DNA of 64,000 nt from Candidatus Limisoma sp. (lineage in GTDB: Bacteria; Bacteroidota; Bacteroidia; Bacteroidales; Muribaculaceae), in contig JBJEDO010000024.1 in assembly GCA_051872155.1 (NCBI GenBank), forward strand, positions 3,542-67,541, written 5' to 3'. The position numbers and the translations under genes are program-made. Each line of letters opens with the position of its first letter. Within the stretch, counting starts at the first letter, position 1. This document shows, piece by piece, positions 47,813 to 54,956 of the stretch. Below the pieces are notes generated by a model, which made no database searches, was not told where the DNA came from, and saw nothing but the letters and a program-made list of their open reading frames with translations.

Positions 47813-48424
47813 ATGAGTATGACTAAAAATAGCATCAACAAACCTTTCGGTTCGGAAATGAAACAAGACAGCACGACCAAGCAAGAAGTAGCAACAATGC
47901 CCGTCGGCGAGAAATCTGAATCAAAGCGTGTATATGCAAGCACACCGGGAATTGAGAAGTTGTTAACAAGAGAAACTCCTAAACAGATTCTGTCGGAGGA
48001 CTTCCCGAAACATCAATGGCCAATTAGCGGCGGTTGGGGCTATTCGCAAGAAGATGCCGTTGTTATCGAATTGGATAACAGTTGGGATGGCGTGTCGTTC
48101 GAGTACAAATTTCTCGAATACCGCTCATACGAAGAAGCTATCATCTTCCGCCCCAAAGGCACTCAGCTTGCAGGCTTCCGTTTTGAGATTGATAAGCAAT
48201 CATTTGTAGATGGCCCCGACGGAAAATGTTATGACCGAGTTACATTTAATGTTACTGCATTTACTGAAGATGATTATGCTTATCTCAAGAATGATTGGGA
48301 ATCGCATAACGGCTATGAAGACGACGAAGAGGGAAAAGCAAAGCACCTTCTGTTAGCAGAGTCAAAGAGAATAAAATACAAAGTAACCGGTTGGTTCGAC
48401 ATCTCCAAATTCTATGGAAAGTGA
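47813..48424 (+). CDS. Hypothetical 203-aa protein (ORFan)
   Basis: Clean ORF in the island with no signal peptide. Polar N-terminal ~60 aa, then a globular part (WPISGGWGYSQEDAVVIELD...). Confidence 0.55.
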   Translation: MSMTKNSINKPFGSEMKQDSTTKQEVATMPVGEKSESKRVYASTPGIEKLLTRETPKQILSEDFPKHQWPISGGWGYSQEDAVVIELDNSWDGVSFEYKFLEYRSYEEAIIFRPKGTQLAGFRFEIDKQSFVDGPDGKCYDRVTFNVTAFTEDDYAYLKNDWESHNGYEDDEEGKAKHLLLAESKRIKYKVTGWFDISKFYGK

Positions 48425-48480
48425 TATGCATAAATATAACAAATCAATGGATGGAAATTATAACTAAAAAAAAATAAGTC

Positions 48481-49290
48481 ATGACAAATATTCAATTAGC
48501 AAAAAAGGTACTCGAGAACATAAAGGATAAAAGCTTTTCACTTGGTGTCTATAGTACAACCGGTGGTAAATGCTGCGACAGTTGGGGTGATTATTTGGAT
48601 CTTTATTTGTCACGAGAACAACTGCTTTATCTCATAAACAAATACAATGGCTATGATGAACTGTTTGAAGGGCTCTCTTTGAAAGAGGTCGATGTTGACT
48701 CCATTATTTACAATATGTCCCTGGAGGCCGCATGGCCTGATGGGGGTCCCTCAGCTACCGTCAACGACGTAATTCCCGATGAATTATCAGAACTTTCTAA
48801 TGAATTAGAATCCTTAGACACAACAGATGTTGAAGCAATAGAATCTATTCGAAATAAATTGCTTCAGGTTACTGATAGTAGATACACTTTCCATTTCACA
48901 GTAGAAGCTAATGATTATTACTTTACTGAGGATGCGGAAGAAGGTATTGATTTATCTGCAAAAGAAGCTCTTGGTCTGTTGTATGGGAAACATAACAAAA
49001 AAGAAGTTTTTGATGGTATATGTAAAAAATCATATGATAAAAATCTCATTAACAGCAAAGCCGAAGAGTTAGGATTTGCTAACAATTACGATAACTTAAT
49101 ATACGGAGTTAATAACGAATGCTTGGAAGCATATCTTAACGCTATGGAATACATCCTCGACGCTATTATGTCCGGTGAAATTACTGATGAGAATCTTGGC
49201 ACTTGGTTAGAATACTTTGACGATAGCAACAATTATGAATATAATATTATTGATTGGTATAAAGATAGAGAAGATTATGAAGATGAATAA
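48481..49290 (+). CDS. Hypothetical 269-aa strongly acidic protein (ORFan)
   Basis: Runs such as DELSELSNELESLDTTDVEAIES and a C-terminal DWYKDREDYEDE. The 3' end overlaps the next gene's start by 14 nt. Confidence 0.55.
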   Translation: MTNIQLAKKVLENIKDKSFSLGVYSTTGGKCCDSWGDYLDLYLSREQLLYLINKYNGYDELFEGLSLKEVDVDSIIYNMSLEAAWPDGGPSATVNDVIPDELSELSNELESLDTTDVEAIESIRNKLLQVTDSRYTFHFTVEANDYYFTEDAEEGIDLSAKEALGLLYGKHNKKEVFDGICKKSYDKNLINSKAEELGFANNYDNLIYGVNNECLEAYLNAMEYILDAIMSGEITDENLGTWLEYFDDSNNYEYNIIDWYKDREDYEDE

Positions 49291-49729
49291 ATTTTTTATT
49301 ACAATGCTGTTGATGGTGATGTCACTATCTATGACAGCGCAATCTCTAACTCAGAAATGGAACGATTTCTACAAACGTACGGAATTCTATGATTCGCACG
49401 GAAATCTACAAGGCTGGGCTAAGTACAATGATTTTTATAATCGTCTTGAATACTTCGACAAGTATGGCAAGATGATTAAGTATGAGCAGCAAAATGATTT
49501 CTTTAATCGTACTGAAACAAAAGATTCACATGGAAATATTGAGACGACAAGAAAACACAATGATTTCTTTGATAGAGAAGATATCAAGGATGCGCATGGA
49601 AATCTAATCGGATATAAGAAATGGAACGATTTCTTCAACCGATATGATATCTTCGACAGACATGGAAATCTTACGGGATACTATAAATACAATGATTTTT
49701 ATAATCGCTGGGAATACTTTGACAAATAA
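49277..49729 (+). CDS. Secreted 150-aa protein built from 22-residue tandem repeats (NDF[YF]NR..[YF.]D..GN...)
   Basis: Signal peptide MKMNKFFITMLLMVMSLSMTAQ, then five complete units and one partial unit with exact 22-aa periodicity. Confidence 0.65.
   Translation: MKMNKFFITMLLMVMSLSMTAQSLTQKWNDFYKRTEFYDSHGNLQGWAKYNDFYNRLEYFDKYGKMIKYEQQNDFFNRTETKDSHGNIETTRKHNDFFDREDIKDAHGNLIGYKKWNDFFNRYDIFDRHGNLTGYYKYNDFYNRWEYFDK
49361..49726 (+). repeat. 5.5 x 66-bp coding tandem repeat (22-aa units)
   Basis: Units: NDFYKRTEFYDSHGNLQGWAKY / NDFYNRLEYFDKYGKMIKYEQQ / NDFFNRTETKDSHGNIETTRKH / NDFFDREDIKDAHGNLIGYKKW / NDFFNRYDIFDRHGNLTGYYKY / NDFYNRWEYFDK. Confidence 0.85.
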
Positions 49730-49741
49730 ACAGTAAGACAT

Positions 49742-50230
49742 ATGGGAATCTTCGATATATTCAAGAAGTCGCCGTCGGTAGTATGGCGTGATAGAAACGG
49801 TGAAATTAATTGCCCGGGGGATGCTTGCCCTAAGGAATGCGACGACAGCTGTCCAATCTGGTGTCAAACGATGGGGATAATGATGATGAAGTCGGGGCAT
49901 GGAGAAATGGCTGTTGACGATTTCAAGAAAGCACTGGCGATTGCACCCGATTTTAAGGAAGCCTGGGTGAATCTTGCGGCATCTTATGGTGGAATGAATA
50001 ACCATATTGAAGCAAACAAAGCTTATAAGAAAGCTTACGATATCGATAAAAATTATAAAAATGCCATCTTCGGGCTTATTATTTCGTGCAAAAACCTTGG
50101 TCAGTTCGACGAAGCATTGAAGTATTGCGACGAATATGAGCGCAAGGTCAGCAAAGCCGAAGCAGACAGCCTCAGAAGGCAGGTTATAGAGGCAAGAAAA
50201 TCCGGGAAGACCGGTAGGATTATATTTTAA
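49742..50230 (+). CDS. TPR-repeat protein with N-terminal Cys cluster
   Basis: 'AVDDFKKALAIAPDFKEAWVNLAASYGG...ANKAYKKAYDIDKNYKNAIFGL...GQFDEALKYCDEY' gives 3 TPR-like units. N-terminal CPGDACPKECDDSCPIWC. Confidence 0.7.
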   Translation: MGIFDIFKKSPSVVWRDRNGEINCPGDACPKECDDSCPIWCQTMGIMMMKSGHGEMAVDDFKKALAIAPDFKEAWVNLAASYGGMNNHIEANKAYKKAYDIDKNYKNAIFGLIISCKNLGQFDEALKYCDEYERKVSKAEADSLRRQVIEARKSGKTGRIIF

Positions 50231-50340
50231 TAAAAGAACATACCATTCGATATTCCAAGACTGATTAAGGACGACGTAGGAATAATATAATTTGATATAA
50301 TATGGCAAAGAAAAAAACGCAAAAAAAGAAGTTCTGCGAC

Positions 50341-50708
50341 TAAGAGCCTGTTTCTTAACAAATGTCAACGCAGAGGTTGCTTAGTTTGTGGCGAGTTTTG
50401 TTTTGAGCCAAAGGAGCATAGCGAGCTATGTGACTGCGGCGAAAAGCAAAAATCGCCCAAAATATGCGACAGGGCAGCACAACCAATGACAGAATTTGCG
50501 TGCATGATACTTTTCTTAAAGTAGATTTAGCAAATTACTCAGAATCAATTATTTACACAAAGGATAAATACCTTTGTACGGACATTCATTGGCAGATTCG
50601 TCCGTGCTTAACGGTTATGTGGCTCGCCACACGCCCTTATAAGCACGGACAAATCTGCTCAACGACTGCCCGCCTCTGCTTTGACATTTGTTATGAAACA
50701 GGCTCTTA
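50341..50708. repeat. 368-bp segment bounded by 36-bp imperfect inverted repeats (candidate inverton or MITE)
   Basis: 50341-50376 TAAGAGCCTGTTTCTTAACAAATGTCAACGCAGAGG equals the reverse complement of 50673-50708 at 34/36 positions. 296 bp lie between. Confidence 0.85.
50569..50576 (+). promoter_or_regulatory. -7 box (TAccTTTG) inside the IR-bounded segment, facing right
   Basis: The only TAnnTTTG match on either strand of the 296-bp interior. It lies 117 nt upstream of ATG 50693. Confidence 0.4.
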
Positions 50709-50929
50709 TTGATTCGGGCTGTTATGGAATAGCTCAGAAGATAAACGATGGTCCTGAAGAGCCATACGTAGGCTGTGTTCACAATCTATTTTGGATTTTA
50801 GAGGATTTTGAACCGACTGCTACACTACTTGACCCGTCAGACCCTCAAGCGAGAGAAGGCTACAAGACTTACAAAGTTGAGTACGATTCGTTTATGGGGC
50901 ATTGCACTCTCTTTATTTGGGGAGAATAA
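50693..50929 (+). CDS. Hypothetical 78-aa protein whose ATG lies inside the right inverted repeat
   Basis: MKQALIDSGCYGIAQKINDG...HCTLFIWGE. The listed start 50681 is TTG. A terminator hairpin follows. Confidence 0.4.
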   Translation: MKQALIDSGCYGIAQKINDGPEEPYVGCVHNLFWILEDFEPTATLLDPSDPQAREGYKTYKVEYDSFMGHCTLFIWGE

Positions 50930-50951
50930 GAGCCCGCTTTTACCTTTTAAC

Positions 50952-50969
50952 AAAAAATGAATAGTGCAC
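50952..50969 (+). repeat. Right copy of the imperfect direct repeat bracketing the island
   Basis: AAAAAATGAATAGTGCAC. It overlaps the left arm of the terminator hairpin. Confidence 0.3.
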
Positions 50970-50990
50970 TTGCAGGAAAAGTGCACTATT
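50960..50990. terminator. Bidirectional terminator-like hairpin between convergent genes
   Basis: AATAGTGCACT-tgcaggaaa-AGTGCACTATT (perfect 11-bp stem). Confidence 0.65.
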
Positions 50991-51015
50991 CAATTAAAGG
51001 TCTTAAACGCCTGAT

Positions 51016-51588
51016 TTATTTGGCAAACGTCTTGTACTGATACGGCGAAAGGGTTCCTTCGAGGGTTATGTTCATGCTGCTCAGGTTCGACTTGACGGTT
51101 GCACTGCAACGGTCTCCGTTTTTGGGCAAGGTAAAAAAGACGTCGGCTTTGATGTTTGTGCCGTTGACGGACATCCGGACCACCAAATTGCCTTTTTTGT
51201 CCAACTTGTTTTCGACGTGGGTTATGCGACCTTGGCAAGTAAAACCGCCGATGCCGTTATAGCCGGTCATACCGCGTTCGAGGGCAATCTGTACGGTTGC
51301 TTCGTCGTCGTGAACGAGGATAAAATTGGTATTCTCGTTGACGTATGTCGTTTTGCCGTAGCGGTCGCGAAGACGGTCGGCAACGACGACGAAACGCATT
51401 CCCTCGATTGCCGAGCGGAGCACACTGAATCGCAGCGAGTCGTTGCGCTGCTCAATGGCTTCGCGTTGGGCTTTCTCCAGTTTTTCGAGTTCTTTCTTTT
51501 CTTTTTTCGACAATTCCGGGGCCTCGTCGGCACGCGCTATCGGCGCAGCGACAAGAAGTAGCAAAATTGCCAAAACAAATGATTTCAT
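51016..51588 (-). CDS. Secreted hypothetical protein (DUF4251-like; family name from memory)
   Basis: Signal peptide MKSFVLAILLLLVAAPIARA, a charged coiled segment KKEKKELEKLEKAQREAIEQ, then a beta-rich domain. Lies 30 nt downstream of bioB. Confidence 0.6.
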   Translation of the reverse strand: MKSFVLAILLLLVAAPIARADEAPELSKKEKKELEKLEKAQREAIEQRNDSLRFSVLRSAIEGMRFVVVADRLRDRYGKTTYVNENTNFILVHDDEATVQIALERGMTGYNGIGGFTCQGRITHVENKLDKKGNLVVRMSVNGTNIKADVFFTLPKNGDRCSATVKSNLSSMNITLEGTLSPYQYKTFAK

Positions 51589-51618
51589 TGTGTTTGTTTT
51601 TTAGAAACAGTAATTCTT

Positions 51619-52590
51619 CTACCGACCGGTGTCGTCGGGTGCAGTTGCATCGAAGCCACACCGCTCGAACATAGCGAAATCGTCGGCAACGTCATTGCCG
51701 GAGGTTGTCAGCAGGTCGCCAATCATCGTGCCATTCATGCCGCCGTGAAGCATACGCTCTACCGACTGTTGCGACAAGCGCGCGCGGCCTCCGGCAAAGC
51801 GAATCACCTTGTCGGGGAGGATGAGTCGGAAGATGGCAACTGTGCGGATAATCTCTTCTTCGCTGATGAGCGGAGTATTTTCGAGTGCAGTGCCCTTAAT
51901 CGGATTAAGCACGTTGATTGGTACGGAGTCGACGCCGAGTTGCTTGAGTTCGAAGGCAAAGCGGATGCGTTGCTCCATCGATTCGCCCATACCGATAATT
52001 CCGCCGCTGCACACCTGCATTCCGACAGCCTTGGCGTCGGCAATCACGCGGCGCTTGTCGGCTTGCGTGTGAGTTGAGCAAAGTGTCGGGAAGACGTCCG
52101 ACGACGTTTCCATATTGCAGTGATAGCGACGCACTCCCGCCTCGTAGAGCCGTTCGAGGGTCGGCTTGTCGACGAGTCCCATCGAGCAACAAAGGAATAA
52201 CTTGGTCTGCTCGGCAAGGCGACGATAGCCGACACAAAACTTTTCGACATCGCGAAGCGTCACCTTTCTGCCGGAGGTAACCATGGCAAACCGGTGCACG
52301 CCGTAGTGTTCGTTGCGTTTAGCCAGCTCGAGAAGTCGGTCGGCATCGACGATTTCGTATTCTTCGATACCGGTATGAAATTTATGCGATTGCGAGCACC
52401 ATTTGCAGTCTTCGCTACAACGACCGCTGCGAGCGTTGATAATCGAACAAGTGTCCATTGCGTTGCCGCAATACTCTTTACGCACGCGGTCGGCGGCATC
52501 ACAAAGAGTGTCGAGGTCGGCATTTTGCGCAATGTCGAGCGCCTGCTCGGGGGTCAACGTCGACAGTTCGAGATTGTTAAGATTGTACAT
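51619..52590 (-). CDS. bioB: Biotin synthase
   Basis: Radical-SAM CSEDCKWCSQS (CxxxCxxC). 'CCSMG', 'YHCNMETS' and 'VCSGGIIGMGES' are BioB motifs. Confidence 0.94.
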   Translation of the reverse strand: MYNLNNLELSTLTPEQALDIAQNADLDTLCDAADRVRKEYCGNAMDTCSIINARSGRCSEDCKWCSQSHKFHTGIEEYEIVDADRLLELAKRNEHYGVHRFAMVTSGRKVTLRDVEKFCVGYRRLAEQTKLFLCCSMGLVDKPTLERLYEAGVRRYHCNMETSSDVFPTLCSTHTQADKRRVIADAKAVGMQVCSGGIIGMGESMEQRIRFAFELKQLGVDSVPINVLNPIKGTALENTPLISEEEIIRTVAIFRLILPDKVIRFAGGRARLSQQSVERMLHGGMNGTMIGDLLTTSGNDVADDFAMFERCGFDATAPDDTGR

Positions 52591-52620
52591 TCTTTTTGGG
52601 GTTTAAGTAGTTTTGTACTG

Positions 52621-52628
52621 CAAAGTTA
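52621..52628 (-). promoter_or_regulatory. -7 box (TAacTTTG on minus strand) for bioB
   Basis: CAAAGTTA on the plus strand, 30 nt upstream of ATG 52590. Confidence 0.5.
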
Positions 52629-52650
52629 GCGGTGCAACAACACACGCACA

Positions 52651-52668
52651 ATACCATAGTTATGGTAT
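52651..52668. promoter_or_regulatory. Perfect 8+2+8 palindrome over the bioB -33 region (candidate operator)
   Basis: ATACCATA-GT-TATGGTAT, 22 nt upstream of the -7 box, flanked by direct AAGTTAGC repeats (52623-52630 and 52672-52679). Confidence 0.35.
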
Positions 52669-52682
52669 ATCAAGTTAGCAGA

Positions 52683-52711
52683 AAGAGCCTGTTTTAATGA
52701 AACAGGCTCTT
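52683..52711 (-). terminator. Terminator hairpin after the response-regulator gene
   Basis: AAGAGCCTGTTT-taatg-AAACAGGCTCTT (perfect 12-bp stem), 13 nt past the stop at 52724. Confidence 0.6.
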
Positions 52712-52723
52712 CAATACGATAAA

Positions 52724-53434
52724 TTACTTCGCCTTAGCCTCAACGTCGGGAGCAATGAGCTTGTAGCCCTTGCCGTGGATGTTGATGATTTCGATAGAAT
52801 CGTCAGGCTTGAGGTGTTTGCGGAGTTTTGTGATATAAACGTCCATACTACGAGCGTTGAAGTAGTTGTCGTCAATCCAAATGGTCTTGAGGGCAAAGTT
52901 GCGTTCGAGTATTTCGTTGACGTGAGCGCAAAGGAGGCTGAGAAGTTCCGACTCCTTGGTGGTAAGTTTGGTAGTTTTGTCGTCAATCATAAGCACTTGC
53001 TTCTGAGTGTCGAAGGTAAACTTACCAATCTTGTACATAGTAATTTCTTTACCTTTTTTACCTTTTACGCGGCGGAGAATCGCTTCAATTCTGAATACGA
53101 GTTCTTCCATGCTGAAAGGCTTGGTAATGTAGTCGTCAGCACCGATTTTGAAGCCTTCAAGGATGTCCTCTTTAAGCGATTTCGCCGTAAGGAACATAAT
53201 GGGCACTTCGCTGTTGACAGTGCGCACCTCTTGAGCGAGGGCGAAACCGTCTTTTTTCGGCATCATTACGTCGAACACACACAAGTCGTATTTCCCTTTC
53301 AGGAACGCCTTGTAGCCCGCTTCTCCGTCGGGACAGAGGTCTGCGTTGTAACCTTTTGCCTGGAGATATTCTCTAAGCAACATGCCGAGATTTTCGTCGT
53401 CTTCACAAAGTAGAATACGCAATCTTTCTTCCAT
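52724..53434 (-). CDS. OmpR/PhoB-family response regulator (RprY-like)
   Basis: Receiver 'ILLCEDDENL...DLCVFDVMMPKKDG...LTAK', plus a winged-helix C-terminus 'LTTKESELL..L...RSMDVYITKLRK'. Confidence 0.92.
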   Translation of the reverse strand: MEERLRILLCEDDENLGMLLREYLQAKGYNADLCPDGEAGYKAFLKGKYDLCVFDVMMPKKDGFALAQEVRTVNSEVPIMFLTAKSLKEDILEGFKIGADDYITKPFSMEELVFRIEAILRRVKGKKGKEITMYKIGKFTFDTQKQVLMIDDKTTKLTTKESELLSLLCAHVNEILERNFALKTIWIDDNYFNARSMDVYITKLRKHLKPDDSIEIINIHGKGYKLIAPDVEAKAK

Positions 53435-53439
53435 AATTC

Positions 53440-54906
53440 TTAATCGTTTATTATTGGTAATGTTATTATAAATTTCGAGCCTTTACCGAGCTTGCTTTCG
53501 GCACGAATGTGCCCTTTGAGTTCGGTTACCATTTTCTGCACGTAAGCCAAACCGAGCCCAAAGCCTTTGACGTCGTGGCGGTTGCCGGTCGACACGCGGT
53601 AGAACTTTTCGAAGATTCTCTTGACGTCTTCTTCTTTCATACCAATGCCGTTGTCTTGGATGGTTATCTCGATTTTCTTATCGTTGATGTTTTTAGTGGT
53701 CACTGTCAGTTCGAGAGGCACGTCGTCTTTGCGATACTTCACGGCATTGTCGAGAAGGTTGAAGATGACGTTGGTAAAGTGCATCTCGTCGACGTTGACA
53801 ATCGGGTCTTCGGCATCAAGCCGACTATCTATCTTGCCGCCGTACTTCTCCACCTTGATTTTGAAGGTGTTGACGATGTTTTCGATGGCGGCATTTGCGT
53901 CGATGTCTTGCAGCTTGAGGGTAGCCTTCTGGCGGTCGAACATCGACATTTGCAGCACTTTTTCGACTTGGAAACGAAGACGTTTTGTCTCGTCGCCTAT
54001 GACTGTCGACACGTGTTGGAGCATCGTCGGACTCTTGCGCACGCTGTCGTCGCTAAGCATCTGCGCCGCCAACGAGATTGTTGATATCGGCGTCTTGAAT
54101 TCGTGGGTCATGTTGTTGATAAAGTCGTTTTTCATCTCCGAAAGTTTCTTCTGACGGAATGCCAAGATGATTGTCAGCACGAAGATTATCAGCAATATAA
54201 GCGTAAAGACGAACGCCGGAATCATAAACTTAATCGACGAGAAGAGCAGTTTGCCCAGGTCGGGAAAATAGACGCGGATGTTGTGACGGCGTATTTCCGG
54301 GTCGTTGGGAAACAGCGTTTGAGCCACAATCTCACGTTCGGGAGCATTTTCGTCAAATCCTTCGGTTTTGAACACTATGCGACCTTTGCGGTCGACGATG
54401 CTATATTCGAACGGGATTGAAATGCCGTTGTTTTCCAGCTCTGTTTTCAAAAACGACTTAACGATTGCCGAATCGGCACGCTCCGTAATCGGGCGATTGC
54501 TCGACTGATTGAGGATGTTGATAATCACCTCGTTGAGCAGACCTTTCTGATAGAGATATTGCTCTTTGAGCGACTCTTGGTAGTCGGTAATTTTATCGCT
54601 AAGGTCGTTACCTTTGCTGCTTTTGAGCGTGTAAGGCTTGATTTCTTGGGTCGACATGTTGACCGAGCCGGGCGCCGGGTCGAAGATGCTCTGCTCGATA
54701 ATCATCATATCTTCTTCGAGATATTTGCGGGTCTCGTTTTGCTCCAGAGCAGTCGTTAGCGAATAAAGGCTGCGCTTTGCTCCTTCGCGGAAGTGCTGCG
54801 CACGCATATCTATCATCTGCTCCATATACATAAACTGCATATAAAGGAGGCCGGCAAACGTCAGCGCCATGACTATTGTCAATATCCAGATGGTCGATTT
54901 TTTCAT
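53440..54906 (-). CDS. Sensor histidine kinase (2 TM, HisKA + HATPase_c)
   Basis: H-box 'FINNMTHEFKTPIS', N-box 'NLLDNAVKY', G-boxes 'DNGIGM' and 'GFGLGLAYV'. ATG 54906 is preferred because the -7 box lies inside the longer ORF. Confidence 0.9.
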   Translation of the reverse strand: MKKSTIWILTIVMALTFAGLLYMQFMYMEQMIDMRAQHFREGAKRSLYSLTTALEQNETRKYLEEDMMIIEQSIFDPAPGSVNMSTQEIKPYTLKSSKGNDLSDKITDYQESLKEQYLYQKGLLNEVIINILNQSSNRPITERADSAIVKSFLKTELENNGISIPFEYSIVDRKGRIVFKTEGFDENAPEREIVAQTLFPNDPEIRRHNIRVYFPDLGKLLFSSIKFMIPAFVFTLILLIIFVLTIILAFRQKKLSEMKNDFINNMTHEFKTPISTISLAAQMLSDDSVRKSPTMLQHVSTVIGDETKRLRFQVEKVLQMSMFDRQKATLKLQDIDANAAIENIVNTFKIKVEKYGGKIDSRLDAEDPIVNVDEMHFTNVIFNLLDNAVKYRKDDVPLELTVTTKNINDKKIEITIQDNGIGMKEEDVKRIFEKFYRVSTGNRHDVKGFGLGLAYVQKMVTELKGHIRAESKLGKGSKFIITLPIIND

Positions 54907-54948
54907 TGTTGTTCCTTCCTTTTTTATATTTGGATTAGTATCCGATGG

Positions 54949-54956
54949 CAAATTTA
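54949..54956 (-). promoter_or_regulatory. -7 box (TAaaTTTG on minus strand) for the kinase/regulator operon
   Basis: CAAATTTA on the plus strand, 42 nt upstream of ATG 54906. Confidence 0.5.

Noticed and set aside
49604-50368. 254-aa minus-strand ORF antisense to the TPR gene. It is surprisingly long for AT-rich DNA and starts inside the left inverted repeat.
   Set aside because: The plus-strand gene has clear TPR units. The minus-strand product is hydrophobic, low-complexity sequence with a TTG start created by the repeat. I noted it only because the repeat makes its first 9 codons mirror those of the ORF at 50681.
50464-50712. 82-aa ORF inside the IR-bounded segment.
   Set aside because: It has no recognisable features, it runs across the putative promoter and into the right repeat in a different frame from the downstream ORF, and nothing else supports it.
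46312-51015. Interpreting the low-G+C island as a prophage remnant, ICE fragment or toxin-antitoxin/T6SS immunity array.
   Set aside because: It has no integrase, no structural or conjugation genes, no identifiable toxin domain and no adjacent tRNA. The immunity-array idea stays a hypothesis in the findings and is not a call.
52683-52711. The terminator hairpin arms (AAGAGCCTGTTT/AAACAGGCTCTT) share 13-15 nt with the termini of the 36-bp inverted repeats at 50341 and 50708. A degenerate look-alike (AAGGCTTGTTTCTTCA) lies at 47654-47669. I considered a dispersed repeat family or an excision footprint.
   Set aside because: By my rough estimate, a handful of 15-mer identities are expected by chance in 64 kb on two strands. 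Because both structures are palindromic, one arm matching forces the other to match. This is worth a genome-wide BLASTN but is not supportable from this window.
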